64,000 nucleotides of DNA from an uncultured delta proteobacterium (GTDB lineage: Bacteria; Myxococcota_A; Polyangia; Palsa-1104), in the NCBI GenBank assembly GCA_963785725.1, contig CAWAWS010000020.1:256001-320000 (forward strand), given 5' to 3'. This document shows positions 21,690 to 32,021 of the stretch, in pieces. How positions within the stretch are numbered: the stretch's first letter is position 1; every line of letters starts with the position of its first letter. The position numbers and the translations under genes are program-made. The notes under the pieces are model-generated. The model was not told the DNA's origin. It saw only the letters and a program-made list of their open reading frames with translations, and ran no database searches.

Positions 21690-23894
21690 ATGTCGCGCCA
21701 AGCCGCTGCACGCGTCGCCCCGCGGCCAGCCGAGAATGACGCGAGCCGCTGGCGCGATCTGGCCTGCGTCGCCGGTGTCGTCCTCGTGCTCGCGGCCTTG
21801 CTGGAGCCGCTGCTGCGCGGACACATGGCGCCCAAATGGGATGCGGCCGAGCAGTTCACCCCCTACTACAGCCTCGTCGCCGATTACGCGCGACTCGGGC
21901 GGCTGGCGACCTGGAACCCGTGGACCGACGGCGGCATGCCGATCTTCATCGAGCCCCAGTCGGGCGCGCTGTCGCCGCTGACGGTCCTGTGCGGTCTCGT
22001 CTTCGGCCCAGGCGAAGCGGGCTATCGATATTATTGGTGCACGCTGTGGATCCTGGCGGCGATCGGGATGTTCCTGCTCGCCCGCCAGCTGCGTGCCCCA
22101 CGCGCGGCGGCGGTCGCGCTCGGTCTCGGCTACGCGCTGTCGGGCCCGTTCTGCGGCAACGCCGAGCACGTCGCGTGGGTCTACGCGAGCGCGCTCCTGC
22201 CTTTCATCATCTGGCGCTGGGACGTCACGCTGACCACCGGCCGCACCACGGCGGCGCTGCAAGCCGGCGCGCTCTTCGGTCTGGGCGCGCTCGGCGGCTA
22301 TCCCGGTCTCGTCTTCGCGACGGCGGGGTTCAGCGTGCTGTGGCTCGCCTGCCGCTGGCTCGACGGCTCGCTCCAGCTCACGCCGCGCGCCTGGCTGCTC
22401 GCGGCCATCGTCGGCGTCGTCGTCGCCTCGCCGCTCTATGCCAGCTTTGCCTTCGACGGCAGAGGCTTCTCCGAGCGCGTGAGCGAGCTCGATCGCGGCA
22501 GCGCCATCGGCAACAACGCGCTCGCGGTCGGCGCTCTGTGGACCCTTTTGAGCCCGTCGTTTCCCATCGCCAAGTTCGCCCACCGCGATCTCTGGCCGCA
22601 CACCGACATCTCGTCCGTCAGCCTCTTTTTCGGCTTGGTTCCGCTGGCGCTGGCCCTGTTCGCGATCGTCTCACCGGAGCGCCGGCGTTGGCGATTGGCG
22701 CTGACCGGCTTGGCGCTGGCCAGCTTCGTCACCGCCTGCAGCAGCACCTTTCCAGTGCGCGGCTGGCTTTACGACTTGCTGCCGCCGTTCCGCTATTTTC
22801 AACAGTCGAGCCTGTTCCGCGTCTTCGCCGTCCTCACACTCTGCGCGCTCGGCGCCGAGAGCGCACGTGCGTTGGGCGCAGGCGTCGACTTCCGTAAACG
22901 TGTGGTGCCGCTGTCGCTCGCCTTCGCGCTGCTGGTCCCGCTCGGCTACTACTATTTCCAGCGGCGAATCCTCGGCGACGAGCCCGATCCCGTCGCGCTC
23001 ACGCAATGCTGTGTCACCCCGCTGCTGCTCCTTCTGGCGACCGCGCTCCCGTCGGCACGACCGGGGATCGCCCGTTCGCTGGCGCTGGCCCTCTTCGTCG
23101 TCGCCGTGCTGCTCGACGGCTATTGGACCTTTCGCCTTTCGCAACGGACCATCGGCGACGACACCGGCTGGGTCTTGCAGAAGTGGCGCGACCTCGATCG
23201 AGCGCACGTCGAGAGCCTCGAGTTGCACGGTTTTCAGCGGACGATCGGACGCGGCAGGAACAACGACAACCTCTTGGTGAAGCAGCCCGAGCTGCACAAC
23301 TATTCGGCGTTGCACAACGGCTTTCACCTCGACCTGCGGGCCCTGCCGACGGCGGAGTCGATGGTGACGGGGGCTCATCGCGTCTGGTTCGCGCCCACTG
23401 CGCCCGAGCTGCCGCTCACGAACCGTACGCTGCAGGACCTCGGGGCCGAGCTCGAGCGCCGGCACACGGCCGGCTTCGTCGTTCATTCGCGACAGGCGAT
23501 GCTGGGGACGCCGGCGCCTGCGTCCCAGCCGCCGCTGACGACGTCGCTCTTGCCGACGGCTACGGAAGCGCCGGTGCGGCTCGCGCGCTACGACGCGACG
23601 CACCTGGTCTTCGATTGGCAAGCGCCGACGAACGGCTGGCTCTTCGTCGGCGACCGCTGGGCGCGCGGCTGGGAAGCGCGCGTCAACGGCAAACCGACCG
23701 AGCTCGACGGCGCCAACCTCGTCTTCCGCGCCGTCGCCGTCCCGGCCGGTCCGATTCATGTCGAGATGACCTATCGGCCAAAGCTCCTATGGCTGGTGGC
23801 GCTGAGTTGGCCGGCCTGCCTCTTCGGGCTCTTGTCGGGCCTGTGGCCGCTCGTCCGGCGGCGAGCGCGGGCCAAACCGACGACGGCGACCTGA
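21690..23894 (+). CDS. YfhO-like polytopic membrane protein (putative GT-C glycosyltransferase)
   Basis: WNPWTDGGMP loop motif, many TM helices, C-terminal WARGWEARVNG...NLVFRAVAVPAG...YRP plus TM; start uncertain. Confidence 0.78.
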   Translation: MSRQAAARVAPRPAENDASRWRDLACVAGVVLVLAALLEPLLRGHMAPKWDAAEQFTPYYSLVADYARLGRLATWNPWTDGGMPIFIEPQSGALSPLTVLCGLVFGPGEAGYRYYWCTLWILAAIGMFLLARQLRAPRAAAVALGLGYALSGPFCGNAEHVAWVYASALLPFIIWRWDVTLTTGRTTAALQAGALFGLGALGGYPGLVFATAGFSVLWLACRWLDGSLQLTPRAWLLAAIVGVVVASPLYASFAFDGRGFSERVSELDRGSAIGNNALAVGALWTLLSPSFPIAKFAHRDLWPHTDISSVSLFFGLVPLALALFAIVSPERRRWRLALTGLALASFVTACSSTFPVRGWLYDLLPPFRYFQQSSLFRVFAVLTLCALGAESARALGAGVDFRKRVVPLSLAFALLVPLGYYYFQRRILGDEPDPVALTQCCVTPLLLLLATALPSARPGIARSLALALFVVAVLLDGYWTFRLSQRTIGDDTGWVLQKWRDLDRAHVESLELHGFQRTIGRGRNNDNLLVKQPELHNYSALHNGFHLDLRALPTAESMVTGAHRVWFAPTAPELPLTNRTLQDLGAELERRHTAGFVVHSRQAMLGTPAPASQPPLTTSLLPTATEAPVRLARYDATHLVFDWQAPTNGWLFVGDRWARGWEARVNGKPTELDGANLVFRAVAVPAGPIHVEMTYRPKLLWLVALSWPACLFGLLSGLWPLVRRRARAKPTTAT

Positions 23895-23942
23895 GCGCCG
23901 ACGACACGGCTGGCGCGCCAGACGTCGAGCGCATCGACGCCA

Positions 23943-25178
23943 TCAGCCGCCGGAGGCCGTCACGCCTCCGCTTTCGGAGCCGGGCAGCGGCCGGGTGGCA
24001 CCCTCGTCGACGAACTGGATGACCTCGGCCAGCGGCGCCTCGGCGTCGGCGGGCGTGCTGTTGACGCGCCAGGGCATCGTCTCCGGGTTCATGTCGCCGG
24101 CCGTGAAGTGCCAGCCCGCCGTCGACGGCTGGAATAGATCGCTGCCGCCCATGAGCACGAACGGATCGGAGTGCCGCCCCGGCAGGAAACCGAGCCGCAG
24201 CAGCGGCCGCGCGTAGGGCCCATCGAGGTTGCAGCGGATCATGATGCGCCCGACGCGCCGCTCGGCCAGGTGCGCGACCAGCGCCGCCATCGCGCGGCGC
24301 AAGAGCGTGCCGTCGAGCGGCAGGAGGTGGTCGACGACGAGGGCGCCGCGCGACGACAGCTCCACCGCCGCCCAACCGACGAGCTGCCGCCCCAGCTCGA
24401 TGGCGATCAGCTCCTGCGGCGCCACCGGGTTCTCCAGGTAGCGCCATCGCAAGACGGCCGCGTCGCGTCGCCCGACCACGGCCAGCTGCGCGGCCAGCCG
24501 CAGCCACAGGTTGTCGAAGCTGCTGCCGTCGATCGTCGTCAGCGGCCGCGCCGTGAGCGCGCCCGAGCCGCCGAGCAAGAGACGCCGCGTCGCGCACAGC
24601 AGTCGATCGATCATCCAGCCGCCGGTCAGGTGGCGCGTGTAGTCGGCGTGGCCGTGGCGGAAGAGCAGCTCGGCGCCGCGCGCATCGAGCGGCAAGCCGA
24701 GGTAGCGCAGCCCGCCGATGACGCGGCCGCCGGCGCGCACGAGCTGGCGCACGTTGGCCGGCGTCGGCGTGCCGGCGATGAAGCGATAGGGCACGTCGCC
24801 GCGCAGCATGGCCGCGTGCGCGTGCTGGTGCATGCGCAGCGCGAGGCCGCGGCGACGGTGGCGCGGCGGCACGAAGGCGTCGAAGCCGACGCCGCCGGCG
24901 ACGACCAGCCCCTGCACCGCATAATCGCGCGCGAAGATCGACGTGAAGCCGAGGATCTCGTCGCCGACCGGATCGACGGCCAGCCACATGCGCGCCGGTC
25001 CTTGCGGGTTACGCCGGTAGATCCAGTCGTAGCGACGGCGCGCGTCGCCGGCGGTCACGTGGCGCGACAGAAGCGCGATGACGCGCTCGTCGTCGCTCGG
25101 CTCGGCCACGCGGACGTGCGCCCCGTGGTCGGCGATCAGAGCCCGTTCGGTTTGCATCGGGGCCTCCAAATCGGACAT
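23943..25178 (-). CDS. GNAT-family N-acetyltransferase-like protein
   Basis: YDWIYRRNPQG, FVPPRHRRRGLA acetyl-CoA motif, RDAAVLRWRYLENP, WHFTAGD. Confidence 0.8.
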   Translation of the reverse strand: MSDLEAPMQTERALIADHGAHVRVAEPSDDERVIALLSRHVTAGDARRRYDWIYRRNPQGPARMWLAVDPVGDEILGFTSIFARDYAVQGLVVAGGVGFDAFVPPRHRRRGLALRMHQHAHAAMLRGDVPYRFIAGTPTPANVRQLVRAGGRVIGGLRYLGLPLDARGAELLFRHGHADYTRHLTGGWMIDRLLCATRRLLLGGSGALTARPLTTIDGSSFDNLWLRLAAQLAVVGRRDAAVLRWRYLENPVAPQELIAIELGRQLVGWAAVELSSRGALVVDHLLPLDGTLLRRAMAALVAHLAERRVGRIMIRCNLDGPYARPLLRLGFLPGRHSDPFVLMGGSDLFQPSTAGWHFTAGDMNPETMPWRVNSTPADAEAPLAEVIQFVDEGATRPLPGSESGGVTASGG

Positions 25179-25335
25179 GGGGCCACGCGCGACCTATGCA
25201 AGACGCCGGCGAAAAGCAGGGACGCCACCTGAATGCAAGAATGATTCGGCCTACGCCGACGACCGGATGGTCGAGCGCGTCGATGCCGCAGTCAGATTCA
25301 GGCTCGGTGACAACGACCGAGCCGGCAGGTTGGTT

Positions 25336-25899
25336 TCACTCGAGCCAGAGCAGCAGGTCGCCGTCGTCCGCCGAGCTCAGCGCGCGCTCGGCTGGAGCGC
25401 CGGCAGCCGGCCTACGCTCGACGAAGCCCATGCGACGCAGCAGCCGCAGCGAGCGCTCGTTGTCGGGCCGCACGGCAGCCCACAGCTCGGTGACACCGAA
25501 CTGCTGGCGCAGCTGATCGCGTAGCCAACTGACCGCTTCGCTCGCGAGACCATGACCCCAAAAAGCTGGGCCAAACAGATAGGCGATCTCCGCCCAAGTG
25601 CCATGCACGGTCGCTTCGAGCCGGCCGCAATAGACGCTGCCATCGATGACGCGAACCGCGTAGTTGACCCAGCGTTCCGCGCCCGCTTCGGAGCTCGGTC
25701 CGGCCGCGCGCCGGGCGAACTCGGCGGCCATCTGCTCGACGCTGGTGGAGTCGGGCGGACCAATGTGGTGCCAGACACGCGCATCGCTCAGCGGCCCGAA
25801 CAGCTCAGCGGAATGATCGGCGCGCAGCGGCTCGTAGGCGAGTCGGCTACTCACCAACGCACCGTAGCACGCGAGAGCGAGCTCGCGGGACAGGCTCAC
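25336..25899 (-). CDS. GNAT N-acetyltransferase (RimJ/RimL type)
   Basis: SSRLAYEPL, AEIAYLFGPAFWGHGLASEA, NERSLRLLRRMGF. Confidence 0.85.
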   Translation of the reverse strand: MSLSRELALACYGALVSSRLAYEPLRADHSAELFGPLSDARVWHHIGPPDSTSVEQMAAEFARRAAGPSSEAGAERWVNYAVRVIDGSVYCGRLEATVHGTWAEIAYLFGPAFWGHGLASEAVSWLRDQLRQQFGVTELWAAVRPDNERSLRLLRRMGFVERRPAAGAPAERALSSADDGDLLLWLE

Positions 25900-25928
25900 G
25901 CCGTAACCACCCGCGATGACGTGGAAAA

Positions 25929-25963
25929 TGGGTGCTCCGGAATCGAACCAAGCGGATTCTCAA
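25929..25963 (-). repeat. Degenerate copy of the tRNA-Phe 3' half (candidate att site)
   Basis: tgggtgctccggaatcgaaccaagcggattctcaa shares gtgctc, ccggaatcgaacca (14 nt exact) and gcggattYtcaa with 35844-35886. Confidence 0.6.
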
Positions 25964-26418
25964 CGGGTAATGAGTGTCACGTTTCGGCTTGAGCGACCGC
26001 GGACAAAACGCCCGCGATCGACAGTGTTTTCGGCAAGCGATCGAAGTCGCGCATCGACACAACGTGCCGGCCGACGCAGTTCGCGAATGGCTCGATCGAG
26101 AGCCTCTTACGCCGAAGGAAAAATCGGAGCGATTCGCCGAGCTCTGTCAGCGACTGGAGCGCAGAGCGGAACAGTCACAGCCCTAGCCGCTCTTTTCTTT
26201 CTCCTGCGACGGTGCAGACGAATCAACTCCTCAGCTCGCGGATAGGCTCTCTATCTTGAAGCCGCTGAGCCGTCGTGGCTCCCGTTCGATCGCAAGCGAC
26301 GCACGAGAGGGCAAAGGCTGAGGCCGCGCCGTCAGCGGCGCTGTCAGAATCTGGCGTGACGGCGATCAAACGGCGACGATTTGCTGACGGTCGCCGACGG
26401 CGGCGTGCGGACTTGGTG

Positions 26419-26435
26419 CTGGCGCGCAAGCTGCA
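26419..26435 (+). promoter_or_regulatory. Sigma54-like promoter (-24/-12)
   Basis: CTGGCGCGCAAGCTGCA has GG-N10-GC spacing and ends 12 nt before ATG 26448. Confidence 0.55.
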
Positions 26436-26447
26436 CCAGCGGCGGGC

Positions 26448-27608
26448 ATGTATCGCAACCTCGTATGCGCGCTGCTGTTGACGTACGCCGGCTGCGGCGG
26501 ACCGACGCTGCTGCCGGCGCCGTGCACCGGCGTGCAGCTGGAGGCCGGCATCGCCTCCGGCAGCGACGGCACCTTCGTCATGGCCGCCGAGCAGCTGCCC
26601 GCCGGTAGCTTCCTGCGCCACTTCGACGGCTCCGGCCAGCCGCTGACGCAGCTGCAGCTGCCGTCGCCCACCGGCAACGCGACCTTCGGCGACATCGGCT
26701 ACGAGGGCCTGTATGCCGGTGGCAGCGCGCTCTTTGCCGTCGACTTCGAGGGCGGCGTCAGCATCTGGGACGACAGTGGCTTTCGCTCGTCGGTCACGGC
26801 GCCCATCGCGTGCACGCCGCCCACCGGCTACCCGACGTGGTTTGCCGTCGAAGGCGACCGCCTGCGCATCTACGGCAAGGACGAAGCCGAGCATCTTTGC
26901 ACCTATCGCGTCGACGGCAACGGTGTCACCGACGATGCGCACATCTTCGACAACGGCGAGTACGGCTTCGCCGTGCAGACGGTCGCCGGCGGCGGCTTCG
27001 TCGTCAACGCCACCGAAGGCATCATCCTCTACGACGCCAACGGCGTGCGCCTCTGGACTCACGCCGGCGCCTTCGGGCAGGTCACTGCCGTCGGCGGGCA
27101 GATTTACGCGCTGTCGGTGCCCCCCTCCGGATCGAGCGGCGCGATCAACCTGGTGCTGGTGGGCGCCGGCGGCCAGGGCGAGACCGTGCTCACGAGCTCG
27201 ACCGTGGGCAGCGACCAGGACGTTCAGGCCAACGTCTTCGCCGCGCTCGCCGACGGCACGCTGGTGGTCGAGTTGGAGACCCGCTACGCCGAGACGCACG
27301 AGGTCGTCCACGTCGACGCGACCGGCGCCGTCACGCGTCAGCCGGTGGCGGCGCTGAACGGGCAGGCGGCATTGTCGGCGGCCGTCGGCGCCGACTACGT
27401 GCTGCTGCAGACGAAGCAGGGGCTGTACGCGCTCGACCCTGACGGCGCCGTGCGCTGGCAGGTGGGGGCGGTCATCGGCAGCGCCATCGCCAGCGACGGC
27501 GGCGTGGTCGCCGTGAGCAGCACGGCGCTCGATGCCTGCCGCGCCGCCTTGACCCTCGACCACTACGACGCCCAAGGCAATCACACCTGGACCTGGAGCG
27601 CGCGATGA
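26448..27608 (+). CDS. Lipoprotein, beta-rich (PQQ-like propeller)
   Basis: Lipobox YAGC; blade-like repeats YDANGVRLW, LYALDPDGAVRW, YDAQGNHTW. Confidence 0.75.
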   Translation: MYRNLVCALLLTYAGCGGPTLLPAPCTGVQLEAGIASGSDGTFVMAAEQLPAGSFLRHFDGSGQPLTQLQLPSPTGNATFGDIGYEGLYAGGSALFAVDFEGGVSIWDDSGFRSSVTAPIACTPPTGYPTWFAVEGDRLRIYGKDEAEHLCTYRVDGNGVTDDAHIFDNGEYGFAVQTVAGGGFVVNATEGIILYDANGVRLWTHAGAFGQVTAVGGQIYALSVPPSGSSGAINLVLVGAGGQGETVLTSSTVGSDQDVQANVFAALADGTLVVELETRYAETHEVVHVDATGAVTRQPVAALNGQAALSAAVGADYVLLQTKQGLYALDPDGAVRWQVGAVIGSAIASDGGVVAVSSTALDACRAALTLDHYDAQGNHTWTWSAR

Positions 27609-28111
27609 CCCTGCTGCGTTCGACCGTCGTCGCGAGCCTGCTGGTGCTGGGCGGCTGCGACCTCGGCGCCACCGACAGCGACGATGGCATCGATGGGGTC
27701 GTCGCCCTGAGCAGCCTGGCCAACGGCGGCGCCGAAGTGTGCGCCACCTACGAGCACGAGCATCTCGTCCCCGACGAGAGCCCGGTCGTAACCCGCCGCT
27801 GGCGGCGCATCGAGCTCGACGCCCAGGGCCACGCGCAGGATCGCGACGGCGACTGCAGCGCCGCCGGCACCGTCGACCCGAGCCACATCGCGCTGGCCGA
27901 CGGCGGCTTCGTCGCGCTCACGCCGCTCGACGCCCAGCTCACGCGCTTCGACGCCGGCGGCGCGACCGTGTGGAGCGTGCCGTCGCCTTTCGGCACGCTG
28001 GAGGCGGCCGTCGAGAGCAGCGACGGCAACCTGCTGCTCGCCGGCGGGCCGGAAGTGGCGCGGCTGGCGCTCAGCGACGGCAGCGTCAGCTGGGTCGTCG
28101 CGCTGCGCTAA
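27605..28111 (+). CDS. Small lipoprotein with propeller-like repeats
   Basis: ATGA overlap with the upstream gene, lipobox LGGC, RFDAGGATVW, DGSVSW. Confidence 0.72.
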   Translation: MTLLRSTVVASLLVLGGCDLGATDSDDGIDGVVALSSLANGGAEVCATYEHEHLVPDESPVVTRRWRRIELDAQGHAQDRDGDCSAAGTVDPSHIALADGGFVALTPLDAQLTRFDAGGATVWSVPSPFGTLEAAVESSDGNLLLAGGPEVARLALSDGSVSWVVALR

Positions 28112-28386
28112 CCCCTCGACCAGCGCGTCGCACCAAAATCTCGGCCCGCATGTCCGCGGAGGCCGCATCGAGTTGGTGGGCACTCGAAAAGGGGCCAAGC
28201 TCCGAATCAGCAGCGGCCTCGGCGCCGCTTGCGTTCATCGAACCGCCCACACCTCTCGTGGTGCTCGCGCCCATGCGACAATTGGATGAGCCCTTCGGCC
28301 ACCGCCGTCACGACGGGGTTCCTCGAACGCTCAGGTATCGACGACCGGCATCGCCGGCCGGCCTACATTCCAACGAGGAGGAGCGG

Positions 28387-30480
28387 ATGGCGACGCTTGT
28401 ACGGCGTGCGAGCGATTGGCTGAGGGGGCGCCTTCGCGCGTTCGTCGAATGGCCCTGTCAGACCGAGCTGGCGACGCTGCGCGAACAGTGGCGCGAGATC
28501 GAGGCCGTCCTCGACGCCGTCGACGACCAGATCGTGCTCACCGACCCCGACGGCCGCGTGCGCTTCGCCAACCGAGCGCTGGCCGCGGAAGTGTACGAGC
28601 TCACCGGCCTCGAGGCGAACGAGATGGTGGGCAAGCTGCCGACCGAGCTCGGCCTGTCCGACGAGCTTCAGCGCATCATCAACGAGCAGCACGTCAGCGT
28701 CAACGCGACGCGGGCGGCGGTGACGACCGAGGTCGCCGTGCCGCTGCGCAGCGGGCTGCGCTGGCAGGAGCAGAAGGTGAGCCCCGTCTTCCACGACGGA
28801 CGGATGTCGGCGCACGTGATGGTCGGGCGCGACATCGACGAGCGCAAGCGGGCGCAGCGACGGCTGGAGCTGCTCTCCAAAGTGAGCACGCTGGTCGGTA
28901 GCGTCGATCTCGCCGAGCTGCTGCCGGCCATCACGCAGCTGGCGATCCCCGAGCTGGCCGACTGGTCGGTGGTCGACGACTGCGGCGACGGGCTGATGCG
29001 TCGCCTCTACGTGGCGCAGCGCGATCCCGACAAGGCGGCCGTGGCGGCGGCGCTGCAGCGCTTCGCGCCCTGGCCCGAGCGCGACAGCTGGCGGGAGCTG
29101 CTGGCCGGACGTCCGCTGCTCCTGCCCGACGTCACCGACGAGCTATTGCAGATCAACGCCGCCGACTCCGAGCACCTGGCGCTGTTGCGGCAGCTCGGAA
29201 TCCTCTCGGCGCTGGCGGTGCCGCTGCGCGTTCGTGACAAGACGGTCGCGGTGATGACGTTCGCCACCACCGTCGAGTCGGGCCGTCGCTACGGCGCCGA
29301 TGACCTGGCGCTGGCCGAGGAGCTGGCGCGGCGAGCGGCCAGCATCGTCGATCGCGCCCGCTTGCACCGGGAGCTGCAGGCGAGCGAGGCGCGCTTTCGC
29401 ATCGCTCTCGCCGCGGGGCGCGCCACGGTCTTCGAGCAGGACGAGGAGCTGCGCTATCGCTGGCTGCACAACTTCGCCGTCAAAGGCGACTACATCGGCA
29501 AGGGGCACGCCGATATCTTCCACCGCGAAGAGGCCGAGCAGCTCACCGCGCTCAAGCGGCACGTGCTCGACACCGGCGAGCAGCTGCGCACGGAGGTGGT
29601 GCTGACGGTCAACGGCGAACGGCGGGTGTTTCGCGAGGCGATCGATCCGCTGCGCGACGACTGCGGCGCCATCGTCGGCGTCATCGGCGCCGCCACCGAC
29701 ATCACCGACGAGAAGCGGGTGCAGCAGGAGCTGGAGCGCGCGGTCAGCTTTCGCGAGAAGCTCATGGGCATCCTCGGGCACGACTTGCGCAACCCGCTCA
29801 GCGCCGTTCTGGCCGGCGCCGGGCTGTTGCAGCGCCGTCAGGATCTGGCGCCGCCGGCGCGCGCGACCGTCGACCGCATGGTCCGCGCGGCGCAACGAAT
29901 GGCGGAGATGATCCGCACGCTGCTCGATTTCACGCAGGTACGCTTCCACGGCAGCCTGCCGGTCTCGCCGGCGCCGACCGATCTGGCCGAAGTGGCGCAC
30001 GCCATCGTCGACGAGCTGCGCGGCGCCGCGCCGGAGCGCACCATCGACCTGATCGTGCACGGCGACGCGCGCGGCCAATGGGACTCGGCGCGGCTGAGCG
30101 AGGTCCTGTCGAATTTGGTCGGCAACGCGCTCACGCACGGCGCCGCGTCTGAGCGCGTGATCGTCGCGGTCGACGGCAGCGCCGGCGAGGTGTGGCTGCG
30201 CGTGCACAACGGCGGCGCCCCGATCGCGCCCGAGCTGCAGGCCACGCTGTTCGAGCCGTTCCGTCGCGGCGCCGCGGAAGAGGGCGCATCGGCAGCGCCC
30301 GGCTTGGGGCTCGGCTTGTACATCGTGCGGCAGATCGTGCTCGCGCACGGTGGCGCCGTCACCGTCGATTCGACGCCTGCGGAGGGCACGACGTTCATCG
30401 TGCGGCTGCCGCGCGCGCCCAGCGCCGCCAACTCGCTTCCGGCCGCCCTCCGATCGAATGAGAACGAAGTCCCGTTGTAA
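28387..30480 (+). CDS. Orphan sensor histidine kinase (PAS-GAF-PAS-HisKA-HATPase)
   Basis: GAGGAG RBS; H-box ILGHDLRNPL, N-box NLVGNALTHG, FEPF, GLGLGL. Confidence 0.92.
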   Translation: MATLVRRASDWLRGRLRAFVEWPCQTELATLREQWREIEAVLDAVDDQIVLTDPDGRVRFANRALAAEVYELTGLEANEMVGKLPTELGLSDELQRIINEQHVSVNATRAAVTTEVAVPLRSGLRWQEQKVSPVFHDGRMSAHVMVGRDIDERKRAQRRLELLSKVSTLVGSVDLAELLPAITQLAIPELADWSVVDDCGDGLMRRLYVAQRDPDKAAVAAALQRFAPWPERDSWRELLAGRPLLLPDVTDELLQINAADSEHLALLRQLGILSALAVPLRVRDKTVAVMTFATTVESGRRYGADDLALAEELARRAASIVDRARLHRELQASEARFRIALAAGRATVFEQDEELRYRWLHNFAVKGDYIGKGHADIFHREEAEQLTALKRHVLDTGEQLRTEVVLTVNGERRVFREAIDPLRDDCGAIVGVIGAATDITDEKRVQQELERAVSFREKLMGILGHDLRNPLSAVLAGAGLLQRRQDLAPPARATVDRMVRAAQRMAEMIRTLLDFTQVRFHGSLPVSPAPTDLAEVAHAIVDELRGAAPERTIDLIVHGDARGQWDSARLSEVLSNLVGNALTHGAASERVIVAVDGSAGEVWLRVHNGGAPIAPELQATLFEPFRRGAAEEGASAAPGLGLGLYIVRQIVLAHGGAVTVDSTPAEGTTFIVRLPRAPSAANSLPAALRSNENEVPL

Positions 30481-30698
30481 AGAGACTCAGCGGCGATCCA
30501 CGATCGAGAAGCGGCGATCATCGAGCACGCCTGGGCGCGCTGCACCGGCTGATCTCGTGAGGATGAGGCCATATCCGCGAGCTGCGGCCGCGATCGATTC
30601 GGCTGTGCGAGCGCGGTGGCTGAGCACACGCGCCATGTGCCGTAGCGCAAGCGACGCGACGGGTTGACGGTATTGACCGGCGCCAAGTACAAAGAGGC

Positions 30699-31037
30699 AT
30701 GATCGCCCGTCTTTTTTTCGTCTTGTTTCTACCGATCGCCGCGTGCGCGCACGCGCCGGTGCCGACCTCGACCGACGTTGTCAGCATCGTCAAGCGCAAG
30801 GCCTCTTTCGAGCTTGGTTGCGCCGAGGATCGGCTCAAGGTGGTCAGCCTCAACTCCGAACAATTGCTACAGGTCGGTAGCTCCTCTGCCCTGACTGGCG
30901 AATATGGGGTTGAAGGGTGCGGCAAACGGGCAAGTTACAAAGGGTCCTGTACCAACATGAACGGTCAGCAAAGTTGCCAAGCCGACCAGTCCAGCCAGCC
31001 CATTTCGTCGGATCGAGCTCCCGCTCAGCAGCCTTGA
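30699..31037 (+). CDS. Small Cys-containing lipoprotein
   Basis: Lipobox IAAC; RKASFELGC...YGVEGCGKRASY; lower GC than neighbours. Confidence 0.75.
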   Translation: MIARLFFVLFLPIAACAHAPVPTSTDVVSIVKRKASFELGCAEDRLKVVSLNSEQLLQVGSSSALTGEYGVEGCGKRASYKGSCTNMNGQQSCQADQSSQPISSDRAPAQQP

Positions 31038-31080
31038 GGTAAGCATTCACCGACGATAGCTGTTGGTTCCTGTCGCCCGG

Positions 31081-31221
31081 CCCGATTGCGCCCGCTGCGG
31101 CGAGGCCGCGATCGAGTGCCGCTTGCGGTGGCACGGCGTCGGGAAACGCGCTCATGTCGACGGCTGGCTGTCCTCGGCAATACGCGCCGCGAAGTGGCCG
31201 CAATGCCGCCTGCGCGATTGG
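31081..31221 (+). repeat. Dispersed repeat A, copy 1 (CxxC small-gene remnant)
   Basis: Shares a 28/29-nt block and the exact 18-mer acgcgctcatgtcgacgg with 41777-41922. Confidence 0.8.
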
Positions 31222-31299
31222 GTGTCAGCGCGAGCGACCGTTCAAGACGAGATGGGCGGCAAGCGCGACGACGAATCCATTAGACGAACGTCTCCGGCC

Positions 31300-31749
31300 C
31301 TAACCGTATTTGAAGTCCGGTTTGCTTTGTCCAACCTCGATGATGTAACCGTCGGGATCGCGGATGTAGCAGCGCCACTCGCCGTACTTATCGAGTGGCT
31401 CCGTGATGAACTCCGCGCCGCGACTTCTCCATAGCTTGTAGCAAGCTTGAATATCCGCGACTCGGAAGTTCAAGAAGCTGCTGAGGTGAGTCGGGTCGGG
31501 GACGCTGAGTGTCACCGTCGGCTTGTCCGGTGTCGGCCCGCCCCCGACGTTCAAGATCATCCAGATATTCGCGAGCTGGAGATATCCAGGCGCATTGCCG
31601 TCGCCTAGGCTCAGCACGCGAGCGCCGAACACCTTCTCGTAATAGCGCGCCGATCGTTCGATGTCGGCCACGCTAAGAAAATGCGCGATGCTAATCCCCT
31701 GGCGCGGGGGCATCTCATAGCTCTTCTGATCGATCTCGACGCCGCTCAT
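31300..31749 (-). CDS. VOC/glyoxalase-family protein
   Basis: LSVADIERSARYYEKVFG, LNFRVADI, CYIRDPDGYIIEV. Confidence 0.9.
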   Translation of the reverse strand: MSGVEIDQKSYEMPPRQGISIAHFLSVADIERSARYYEKVFGARVLSLGDGNAPGYLQLANIWMILNVGGGPTPDKPTVTLSVPDPTHLSSFLNFRVADIQACYKLWRSRGAEFITEPLDKYGEWRCYIRDPDGYIIEVGQSKPDFKYG

Positions 31750-32021
31750 TGACGACCTCCAATTCGATATCGAGCCCGTTCGCTGATTAAACACGCCCGA
31801 CGGCCGCGCAAGGAGCACCTCGGCGAATCAGTCGGAGGACGTCGGCCGCGCGCGTCGTGGGGTCACGTCGAGGTCGACAAGGCGCACACGGGCGCGTGCG
31901 CGACCGAGTTGCGGTTCACGGGTACGAGTTGCGCGACCACCGCCGACTGCCGACACACCTACGGCGCCGACTCGTTGTGCATCGACCCAGGCAGGACGAT
32001 TTCGGCCTGCCCAGTTGCGCC

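Noticed and set aside
25195..25212. Sigma54 promoter for the GNAT-like gene (TTGCA on the minus strand)
   Set aside because: The -24 position reads CG, not the conserved GG.
25974..26186. 70-aa ORF just inside the island boundary
   Set aside because: No RBS or recognisable motif; probably the tail of a deleted gene.
27739..28386. 216-aa N-terminal extension of the histidine kinase in the ORF track
   Set aside because: Overlaps the upstream lipoprotein in another frame; a strong RBS supports the ATG at 28387.
30483..30545. Possible third fragment of repeat A (gcggcgatcc...aagcggcg resembles 41977-42005)
   Set aside because: Too short and GC-rich to separate from chance without alignment statistics.
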